Origin: Candidatus Muiribacteriota bacterium
GTDB taxonomy: Bacteria; Muiribacteriota; Muiribacteriia; Muiribacteriales; Muiribacteriaceae
Length of the DNA: 15,084 bases
NCBI GenBank assembly: GCA_051747805.1
Contig: JBNJGP010000069.1
Span: 1-15,084 of the forward strand
Direction: 5' to 3'
This document shows, one piece after another, positions 1-7,853 of the stretch. The stretch's first letter is position 1. Each line of letters opens with the position of its first letter. The translations under genes were made by a program, and so were the position numbers. A model generated the notes under the pieces. The model did no database searches, was not told the origin of the DNA, and saw only the letters and a program-made list of their open reading frames with translations.

Positions 1-1
1 A

Positions 2-763
2 AATATTAAAGATAACACTGTTTTAATTTCTGTTATGCATGCAAATAATGAAATTGGAACCGTACAGCCCGTTAGAGAAATTGGAAAACTCGCAAAAGAA
101 AATAATATTAAATTTCATACAGATGTTGTGCAGACTTTTGCAAAAGAACCACTTAATGTTGATGACTTGGGGGCAGATTTTTTAACTTTTTCAGGACATA
201 AATTTAACGCTTTAAAAGGTACAGGCGGGATATATATACGCAAAAATAATCATGTTTGTCCTTTAATTCATGGTGGACATCAGGAGGGAATGCTTCGTGC
301 GGGAACAGAAAATACATTAGGGATTGTTTCTATGGGAAAAGCACTTCAAAAACATCTTGAAGACAAGGATTTTAATAAAAGAATTTCAAAACTCAGAGAT
401 GATTTTGAAGATTTTGTATTAAAAGAAATACCAGAGGTGCAAATCAACGGAAAAAGGGATAAAAGATTACCTGGAACATCAAATATTTCATTTGAATTTG
501 TAGAAGGGGAATCAATTTTATTAATGCTTGATTATAAAGGAATTTCCGTATCTACTGGCTCAGCTTGTTCTTCGGATTCTCTTGAACCTTCCCAGGTTTT
601 AAAGTCAATGGGGCTTGATGATGAGAAGGCTCATGCCAGCGTCAGGTTTTCTCTTGGAATACAGAATACTCAACAGGAAATTGATTATGTAAAGAATGTC
701 ATAAAAGAAGTTATAACAAAACTTCGGGATATATCCCCACTTTACAAGGAAAAATCAATGTGA
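2..763 (+). CDS. iscS: Cysteine desulfurase, IscS/NifS group I (5'-truncated by window edge)
   Basis: Frame is open from nt 2 (NIKDNTVLISVMHANNEIG), so the ATG at 35 is internal. Motifs: MHANNEIG, HTD, SGHK (PLP lysine), RAGTEN and STGSACSS (catalytic Cys loop of group I desulfurases). Confidence 0.95.
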   Translation, partial: NIKDNTVLISVMHANNEIGTVQPVREIGKLAKENNIKFHTDVVQTFAKEPLNVDDLGADFLTFSGHKFNALKGTGGIYIRKNNHVCPLIHGGHQEGMLRAGTENTLGIVSMGKALQKHLEDKDFNKRISKLRDDFEDFVLKEIPEVQINGKRDKRLPGTSNISFEFVEGESILLMLDYKGISVSTGSACSSDSLEPSQVLKSMGLDDEKAHASVRFSLGIQNTQQEIDYVKNVIKEVITKLRDISPLYKEKSM

Positions 764-778
764 TAAAATTAAAAAAGT

Positions 779-856
779 GCTCCCGTAGCTCAGCATGGAT
801 AGAGCAACGGATTCCTAATCCGCAGGCCGGTGGTTCGAATCCACTCGGGAGTACCA
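779..856 (+). tRNA. tRNA-Arg, anticodon CCT (reads AGG)
   Basis: Acceptor stem GCTCCCG(779-785)/CGGGAGT(846-852). D-arm GCTC/GAGC with GG and the Arg identity base A20. Anticodon arm ACGGA-TTCCTAA-TCCGC (CCT at 814-816; first pair is an A-C mismatch). T-arm GGTGG-TTCGAAT-CCACT. Discriminator A853 and encoded CCA at 854-856. Confidence 0.97.
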
Positions 857-862
857 TTTTTC

Positions 863-867
863 AGGAG
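863..867 (+). promoter_or_regulatory. Shine-Dalgarno site of the pullulanase gene
   Basis: AGGAG lies 6 nt upstream of ATG 874. Confidence 0.8.
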
Positions 868-873
868 TAAAGA

Positions 874-3633
874 ATGAAAAAATATCTATTAATATCTGTT
901 TTAATCTGTGCAGTATTTCAATTGTATCCAGTTGAGCTGACCATTAATTATCATCGTTATGATGGTGATTATGATGACTGGAATATCTGGGTCTGGGAAG
1001 AAGGTAAAGAGGGTGGGGCCTATGACTTTACTCAAAAAACCGATTATGGTGTAAGTACTAAGCTGGAACTTGAAGAACCTTCTAAAATCGGGATAATTAT
1101 TAGAAAAGGTGAATGGATAGAAAAAGATGTTGACGAGGATAGATATGTTTATATTGAAGAAGATGAAGAAATATGGCTGCTGTCAAAAGATAGAAATGTA
1201 TATTATCGGAGGAGTGATGTGGATACTTCAGATAGAATCGTAGGCTCGTTTTTAGAAGGAAGTTATGATATAAGGGTTGTTTTAACAAATGGTTTGAATA
1301 CAAAAAAGGCTCTTGCTAATACAAAAGTTACAGACTCAAACGGGCGGAATATTTCGTTAAAAAATGTATCGTTATGGAATGAACCTGAACAGAAAAATAA
1401 AGGTTATGAATTTATCAATGAAAATCAAATAAGATTTATTTTTGATCCTGAAAAATGGAATATTGATGATAAAATAAAAAATATATATGTTGTATCTAAT
1501 TTATCTCAATGGGAAATTAGAGATTCATGGGAAATGAAGAAAAACAATTCTAATAAAAATTATACTTTAACAAAAATGAAAGGGATTTCAAAAGACGAAG
1601 TTCCAGATAAAACAGAGTTTAAATTTGTTGTAGAACTTCAGGATGACAGCTTATGGCTGCCTGCTGATGATAACTTAACTGTTTATAAAGCTAGTCAAAA
1701 AGGTGATGTTCTAAAAGTTTCAACAGTTCAAAAACTTGATCCAACTGTAGAGTATGAAATAGAAATAGACGGATACAGCAAAAGTATGCCAATTGCATAT
1801 GGAATTCTTGATGAATATAAATTTGATGGATGGCTTGGAAATAAACACAACGAAGATGAAACCAGTTTCAGATTATGGAGTCCTGTAGCCCAGGAAGCTT
1901 ATGTAAGATTATATGATGAGAACAATCCAGATTTTTATAAAGATTATAAAATGAAAAATACAGGTGATGTACTTCAAACAACTATACCGGGTGATTTACA
2001 TAATAGATTTTATAATTACCGTATTATAATATATGGGGAAGAATATATTACAGGAGATCCTTATGCTTATACCTCGGGAGCAAACGGAGAAAGAAGTGCA
2101 GTAGTTAACTTGGAACTTACAGATACAGAAAACTTCAGAAATTACGATAAGCCTTATTTTACAGGAAGAAATACAGATGCTCTTATATATGAAATTCATT
2201 TAAGAGATTATACTGTGGACCCGGAAGCTGATTTTGATAATCCCGGGAAATTTATTGGTCTTGCCGAAAAAAATAACTTTCTGAAAAAATTTCCAGATTT
2301 AAAAATTGGTCTTGGACATTTTAAAGAGCTGGGAGTTTCTCATATACATCTTCTTCCTGTGATGGACTTTGCTACGGTTGATGAAGAAACATCCGAAGGA
2401 TATAATTGGGGATATGACCCATACTCTTATTTTTCGCTCGAAGGGAGCTATTCTACTGACCCTGATAAGCCAACTGCAAGAATCAATGAATTTAAAAAAA
2501 TGATTCAAACCTTTCATGAAAATGGATTAAGAATTATTCTTGATGTTGTTTATAATCATACTTATTCGTCGGTTGAATGTCCTCTTGCCCAAACTGTTCC
2601 ATATTATTATTATAGGCTCAAAGATGATGGTAGATTCAGTAATGGGTCAGGTTGTGGTAATGAAACAGCCTCCGATAAGACAATGATGAGAAAACATATT
2701 GTTGATTCGCTTCTTTTTTTTGCGAATGAATACAGAGTTGACGGTTTTAGGTTCGATTTGATGGCGCTTCATGATATTGAAACTATGAAAATAGTTGAGC
2801 AGGAGCTTAAAGAGAAACATCCTGATATAATAATTTATGGCGAGCCGTGGGCAGCGGATGAATCAATGCTTTCTAAAGAGGATATGTTTTTTAAGGGTGC
2901 CCAGCAGGACACCTCTATAGCTGTTTTTAATGATGATTTAAGAAACGACATAAAAGGGGATTCGGACGGGTATATAACAGGGTTTGCTACAGGAGATACA
3001 AATCTTAAAGAGAATGTTATAACCGGTATTAAAGGGGCGGTTGATGATTTTAGTCAAAGTGCCCAGGAGGTTGTTAACTATGTTTCCGCCCATGATAATT
3101 TAACTTTATATGATAAAATTGTTCAGGTTCGTCCTGAAGAAAGCTTTAAAGAACATGCAAAACGGTCTGCTCTTGCCAATTCAATCGTAATGTTTTCACA
3201 GGGGATACCTTTTTTACATGGTGGTGTTGAGATTCTACGCACAAAAGGCGGTAATCATAATTCCTATAACGTCGGGGATGAAGTTAATATGATAAGATGG
3301 TCAGAAAAAGCAAAGCATTATAAAGTCTTTGAATATTATAAAAAGATTATTCAGTTAAGGCAGAATAATCCCGGGTTTAGACTTTCTAAGGGAGAAGATA
3401 TAAGCAAAAATATTCAGATACTTCAAACTCAGGAAGGTATTATTGGAGTTGAAAATAAAAAAGATAATATTTTGGTTTTTTTTAACGCAAATAAAGAGGA
3501 AACAACATTAAACATACCTGGTCGGTGGAAAATTTTATTATCTGGTTTTGATTTCAAAAAAATTAATAGACCAGTACATGATTATATAACAATTCCAGCT
3601 CTTAGTACAGTGGTAGTTAAAAAAAGATGGTAG
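874..3633 (+). CDS. pulA: Secreted type I pullulanase (GH13) with N-terminal CBM41-like module and CBM48
   Basis: Signal peptide MKKYLLISVLICAVF. CBM41-like start (INYHRYDGDYDDWNIWVW). FRLWSPVA (CBM48). YNWGYDP type I pullulanase signature at 2401-2421. GH13 regions DVVYNH, DGFRFDLM (nucleophile D628), YGEPW (E657) and YVSAHDN (D741). Confidence 0.95.
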   Translation: MKKYLLISVLICAVFQLYPVELTINYHRYDGDYDDWNIWVWEEGKEGGAYDFTQKTDYGVSTKLELEEPSKIGIIIRKGEWIEKDVDEDRYVYIEEDEEIWLLSKDRNVYYRRSDVDTSDRIVGSFLEGSYDIRVVLTNGLNTKKALANTKVTDSNGRNISLKNVSLWNEPEQKNKGYEFINENQIRFIFDPEKWNIDDKIKNIYVVSNLSQWEIRDSWEMKKNNSNKNYTLTKMKGISKDEVPDKTEFKFVVELQDDSLWLPADDNLTVYKASQKGDVLKVSTVQKLDPTVEYEIEIDGYSKSMPIAYGILDEYKFDGWLGNKHNEDETSFRLWSPVAQEAYVRLYDENNPDFYKDYKMKNTGDVLQTTIPGDLHNRFYNYRIIIYGEEYITGDPYAYTSGANGERSAVVNLELTDTENFRNYDKPYFTGRNTDALIYEIHLRDYTVDPEADFDNPGKFIGLAEKNNFLKKFPDLKIGLGHFKELGVSHIHLLPVMDFATVDEETSEGYNWGYDPYSYFSLEGSYSTDPDKPTARINEFKKMIQTFHENGLRIILDVVYNHTYSSVECPLAQTVPYYYYRLKDDGRFSNGSGCGNETASDKTMMRKHIVDSLLFFANEYRVDGFRFDLMALHDIETMKIVEQELKEKHPDIIIYGEPWAADESMLSKEDMFFKGAQQDTSIAVFNDDLRNDIKGDSDGYITGFATGDTNLKENVITGIKGAVDDFSQSAQEVVNYVSAHDNLTLYDKIVQVRPEESFKEHAKRSALANSIVMFSQGIPFLHGGVEILRTKGGNHNSYNVGDEVNMIRWSEKAKHYKVFEYYKKIIQLRQNNPGFRLSKGEDISKNIQILQTQEGIIGVENKKDNILVFFNANKEETTLNIPGRWKILLSGFDFKKINRPVHDYITIPALSTVVVKKRW

Positions 3634-4901
3634 CTTATAAAATAATTATAATTTTTTTTAAAATTTTGGTTTTTCCTTTATATAATTTGTTTATTTTCTT
3701 ATTTCAAAAAGATAGATTTATTAACATAAAAAATAGAAAAAATATTGACTCAATTAATATTCCATATGATAAAAAAGTTATATTAGTTCATGCCTGTTCA
3801 GTTGGTGAAGTAGTTGCTGTTAAGCCCTTAATTGATTATTTAATCTGTAATTATACTGATTACAATATTGTTTTATCAACTGTAACTGATACTGGAAAAA
3901 AAATGGCAAAGAAAACTTTTGGAAAAAAAGTATATCATGTTTATTTTCCCCTAGATTTCTATAAAAGCTGTAAATTTTTTTTGAAAAAGTTAAATCCTTA
4001 CTTGATTTTAATGACCGAAACAGAAATATGGCCTAATTTTTTAGAGAGGGCGCATAAAATGTGTATTCCGGTTTTTCTTGTAAATGGTCGTATTTCACCG
4101 CATTCTTTTAAAAATTATTTTTTGTTTAAAAGAATGTTTTCTAAAACTTTCAAGTTTTATGAAAAAATTTTTGTTCAAACCTTGGAGGATGCGGAAAAAA
4201 TTAAAAAAATCGGGGCTCCAGAAGAAAAAATTAATATTATGGGAAACCTTAAGTTTGAGGACATGTTAAAACCTCTGGAACAGGAAAAATACAATAAATT
4301 TGTTTATGAAATGGCTATTCCAAGAAATCGTAAAATAATAATTGCCGGAAGCACACATGAGGGAGAAGAAAAAATTTTCATTTCCTCTTTTTTAAAACTC
4401 AAAGGGGTATTTCCGGAACTTTCAATAGTAATTGCTCCCAGACACATTGAAAGAATACCATCAATTATTGAGTTATTAAACAAAACATCCCTTAATTATA
4501 TAAAAAAAACAGAGATAAATAAATCAGTACCCAACAAGTATGATGTTGTTTTGCTTGATACAATTGGTGAACTTCAATATGCCTATAGTATTGCAGATAT
4601 GGCTTTCATTGGCGGAAGTATGGTTCCGGTCGGCGGACATAACCTTCTGGAGGCCTTGAAGTTTGGTATTCCCGTTTTTTATGGACCATATATGTTTAAT
4701 TTTGCCTATATAAAAAAAGAGGCAGAAAAATTTAAATGTGGATTTTTGGTTGAAAACGAAAATGAGCTTTATGAAAAAATTAAATTCTTTTTTGAAAATG
4801 AAGAAGAATATCTAAACATTGATAAAAATGCGTATAAAATGATAAATAGTAATAAAGGGGTTCTAAAAAGGCTTTTAAAAGAACTTAAAGAGTATTTATG
4901 A
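3627..4901 (+). CDS. waaA: 3-deoxy-D-manno-octulosonic acid (Kdo) transferase
   Basis: N-terminal membrane anchor. Motifs HACSVGE, YFPLD, ETEIWPNF, NGRIS, GNLKF, GSTHEGEE, APRHIER, DTIGEL and GGHNLLEA. Overlaps the pulA end by 7 nt. Confidence 0.95.
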   Translation: MVAYKIIIIFFKILVFPLYNLFIFLFQKDRFINIKNRKNIDSINIPYDKKVILVHACSVGEVVAVKPLIDYLICNYTDYNIVLSTVTDTGKKMAKKTFGKKVYHVYFPLDFYKSCKFFLKKLNPYLILMTETEIWPNFLERAHKMCIPVFLVNGRISPHSFKNYFLFKRMFSKTFKFYEKIFVQTLEDAEKIKKIGAPEEKINIMGNLKFEDMLKPLEQEKYNKFVYEMAIPRNRKIIIAGSTHEGEEKIFISSFLKLKGVFPELSIVIAPRHIERIPSIIELLNKTSLNYIKKTEINKSVPNKYDVVLLDTIGELQYAYSIADMAFIGGSMVPVGGHNLLEALKFGIPVFYGPYMFNFAYIKKEAEKFKCGFLVENENELYEKIKFFFENEEEYLNIDKNAYKMINSNKGVLKRLLKELKEYL

Positions 4902-6376
4902 AAAAAACTATTACATTAAATATATTATTCCTGTTCTTTTCTTTTTGTTATGGTCAAAATTTTAATTTTAATAATCGTATAAGAGAAGAAATAGAAAAAA
5001 GAAACACTATTGCAGAATATATAGACGGATATGAAAGAATAAATAAATTTGAAATAGTTGATACTAAAGAGGTATATTATTCTGGTAAACTCTATGGTTA
5101 TGCAATCGAAACTAATGTTTTACCTAAAAGTTATTTTGTTTTTGACAAAAGTTTAGAAGTTTTACTTCAATTTCCATATAAGGTTTCTGATTCTTATAAA
5201 AACAGCGATAAAGACCAGGGTTTAATAAATTTATCTTCGTTTCTTTATAAACCTCTTCCTCCTTTTAAAAAAGCTTATCCGCTTGAACAGACTGGATTTT
5301 TTAATGAATATGCAGGTAGTATTCAGGGAATAAACTTTGAAAATATAGTTAATATATCTGAAGAGAATTTTTTCAAATTAGAAGGTACTGCTGAATTAAG
5401 AAAGAATCAGAGAGAGTCAAAAGAAGCTATTGATTATTTAAATAAAATTAATAAAACAAATCGATTTAATTATCTTAATGATCTTGAAAATCCTTCTTTT
5501 AAATGCTTTTTTTTTGCTGGAGCACATACTATAGACTGGAAATTAATTCAGGCAGATGTAAATATAAAAAAAAACAAATACAAAAATTTTTTGAATCACA
5601 AAAAAGAATTTGGCACCGACCCTCGCTTCCTGGATTTAGCTTACAGGCATTTTGCCAAACCCGGAGATGATTTTTTTAAAGTTACTTCGGCTTTTTTTTT
5701 AAAAGACCCTGTTACATCAGAAAGTGTATTATATTCTGTAGATGGTGTTGCTAAACTTCCCGAAGTTTTTAATAAACTTCCTGAAAAAATTCATGATAGA
5801 AATGTTACTCAGAAAATTTTTTCAAAACAAGATTATTCATACTTGAAAAAGTTTGAACCTGTTCGACTTTTTTCAACCCTGGATGAAGTTATGGAACCTT
5901 ACATGTTTTCAGCTGAATATATTGATGATGCATTAAAAAAATATGGCTCCCTTCTGGGCGGAATAGGTTTAAGAGAGTTTGGAGCCGAAACTTTTTTTTC
6001 TGGTCATTCAGTTATGGTAATTGGATGGATAAAACTGGATAATTTTCTTTTTCTTATTTACTTAGATAATTATGGAGATGAGGCCCCTGTTAAAATTAAA
6101 CCAGTAACTTATTTTAATTCTTTATATGCTTTTTCTACTCCACTGAGAGCAGACATTCAGCTTAATGAAAGTAGCGTTCGTGTAAAGGTTCAAAATATTT
6201 TTAACAAAAACATAATTCCTGACCATATTAAATCTGATTTTGATTATTTGACACTTTCAGAAAATGAATTTCAATTTAAAAGAATAGAAAAGGAATACAT
6301 CGTGGAAATTCATAAAAAATATTTTTATGATATTAATGGCGAGCCGCTTAGTATAAAAATTCCTGCAATGGAGTAA
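4898..6376 (+). CDS. Exported hypothetical protein, putative papain-fold (clan CA) cysteine protease, paralog 1
   Basis: 492 aa with signal peptide MKKTITLNILFLFFSFCYG and ATGA overlap with waaA. Motifs RKNQ(171), KC(203)FFFAGA, ALKKYGSLLGGI, GH(370)SVMVIGW and FLIYLD(390)NYG. The gene is well supported; the protease function is inferred from motif order. Confidence 0.65.
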   Translation: MKKTITLNILFLFFSFCYGQNFNFNNRIREEIEKRNTIAEYIDGYERINKFEIVDTKEVYYSGKLYGYAIETNVLPKSYFVFDKSLEVLLQFPYKVSDSYKNSDKDQGLINLSSFLYKPLPPFKKAYPLEQTGFFNEYAGSIQGINFENIVNISEENFFKLEGTAELRKNQRESKEAIDYLNKINKTNRFNYLNDLENPSFKCFFFAGAHTIDWKLIQADVNIKKNKYKNFLNHKKEFGTDPRFLDLAYRHFAKPGDDFFKVTSAFFLKDPVTSESVLYSVDGVAKLPEVFNKLPEKIHDRNVTQKIFSKQDYSYLKKFEPVRLFSTLDEVMEPYMFSAEYIDDALKKYGSLLGGIGLREFGAETFFSGHSVMVIGWIKLDNFLFLIYLDNYGDEAPVKIKPVTYFNSLYAFSTPLRADIQLNESSVRVKVQNIFNKNIIPDHIKSDFDYLTLSENEFQFKRIEKEYIVEIHKKYFYDINGEPLSIKIPAME

Positions 6377-6380
6377 TAAA

Positions 6381-7853
6381 ATCAAGAACAAAATATTTTT
6401 CATATTTTTTTTATGCATATTGACCGTTAACATCAAAAGCGACATATATGAAAAAATTAATAATAAAATAGATTCGATGCTCGAAGAAAGAAACGAAATT
6501 GTAGAATTTATAAACGGATATGAAAAAATCAAGAGTGTGAAAATTATAGATTTTAAAATTGTAAATATGGACGGTGATTTATATTCCTATGCGGTTGAAC
6601 TAGATAAATTTAAAAATTCGTATCTTGTTTTTGATAGGAAATTAGAAAATCTGCTTCAATGGCCTAATATGATTGCGGGTGGCGAGGAAAATACTTATAA
6701 AGATGAAAATATAGTTGTTCTTGGGGATTTTCTTTTTAATAAAATTCCTTCAGAGCGTCAGGATTTTCCTTTGGAAAAAACAACTTATATAAGCGAGTTT
6801 GTTGGCGTAACCGAAGGAATAGATTTTAATAAACTTAATTTAAATAAAATAACCACCTTTTTTAAACTTGAAAATACCTCTGAAATTCGAAAAAATCAAC
6901 GAGAGTCACGCGAAGCTATAAATTATTTAAATACCCTTCATAATACTGATAAATTTATTTATTCGGGAGAACCTGAAAACCCGCCGTATAAATGTTATTT
7001 TTTTGCAGGAGCTAATGTAATTGACTGGAAAAGAGCACAGGCCGGCATTGAATTGGATGATTTTAAGTATAAAAATTTTTTAAATCACAACATTGAGTCG
7101 GGAACAGATCCTAGATTTCTTGAATTAATGTATCGGGAATTATCTTATCTTGATAAGGATAAATTTAAAATCATGTCTCCTTTTTTTTTAAAGGATCCGG
7201 TTACAAAAGAAAGTGTAATTTATTCAATAAAAGGATTGCCAGAAAGTATTAAAAATTTTGACCTTCTTCCAGAAACTATTTTGGACCAAACTCTTACTTT
7301 GAAAAAATATAAGAAATCCAATTTTCAATATTTAAAAAACATAAGTCCTCTTAATTTAAAAAAAAGGGATAAAAATATAAAAATTGAACAAATAATTGAG
7401 TATTTAAATAAATATGGGGCTCTGCTTGGCGGAATTGGATTAAGAAATATGGGGGCAGAACTCGATGCTTCTGCGCATGCTGTTACGATTGTAGGAGGGT
7501 TTAAAATCAAGGACTATGATTTCCTGATTTATCTTGATAATTACGGTGAAGACGTACCTTATAAGTTTTTACCTGTTACATATTTTGATTATATATATGG
7601 GTTTTCAACCCCTTTAAAATACAAAAAAGAAAAAAATAAAGACTATTTTGAAATTAAATTTTATTTCGAAGAAGGGGCAAAAATATGTGTTGAGAATTTT
7701 GATTCAGAGGAAATTTATGGAATTGGTAATAATAATAATTATTTTTTCCCAGTCAGGCAAAACGACTACAAAGTAAATTTCTCAAAAAAATTCTTTTACC
7801 CGCCTGATCAAAATAAATTTTCTATTACAGTAAGAGGAGAAAATTATGAATGA
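6381..7853 (+). CDS. Exported hypothetical protein, putative papain-fold cysteine protease, paralog 2 (probable ATC start at 6381; ORF track uses TTG 6420)
   Basis: Aligns with paralog 1 over most of its length (NGYEKI, RKNQRES, KCYFFAGA, YKNFLNH, GTDPRFL, FFLKDPVT, KYGALLGGIGLR, HAVTIVG, FLIYLDNYG). Extending the frame to ATC 6381 gives signal peptide MKNKIFFIFFLCILTVNIKS and 490 aa, with GGAG 7 nt upstream. Confidence 0.62.
   Translation: MKNKIFFIFFLCILTVNIKSDIYEKINNKIDSMLEERNEIVEFINGYEKIKSVKIIDFKIVNMDGDLYSYAVELDKFKNSYLVFDRKLENLLQWPNMIAGGEENTYKDENIVVLGDFLFNKIPSERQDFPLEKTTYISEFVGVTEGIDFNKLNLNKITTFFKLENTSEIRKNQRESREAINYLNTLHNTDKFIYSGEPENPPYKCYFFAGANVIDWKRAQAGIELDDFKYKNFLNHNIESGTDPRFLELMYRELSYLDKDKFKIMSPFFLKDPVTKESVIYSIKGLPESIKNFDLLPETILDQTLTLKKYKKSNFQYLKNISPLNLKKRDKNIKIEQIIEYLNKYGALLGGIGLRNMGAELDASAHAVTIVGGFKIKDYDFLIYLDNYGEDVPYKFLPVTYFDYIYGFSTPLKYKKEKNKDYFEIKFYFEEGAKICVENFDSEEIYGIGNNNNYFFPVRQNDYKVNFSKKFFYPPDQNKFSITVRGENYE

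Noticed and set aside
779..856. tRNA-Arg as an integration site for a genomic island
   Set aside because: No integrase and no repeat of the tRNA 3' end were seen in the window, and downstream genes include housekeeping waaA.
4898..4954. Lipoprotein signal in paralog 1 (FSFC)
   Set aside because: Poor lipobox match and no equivalent lipobox in paralog 2. A standard signal peptidase I site after CYG is more plausible.
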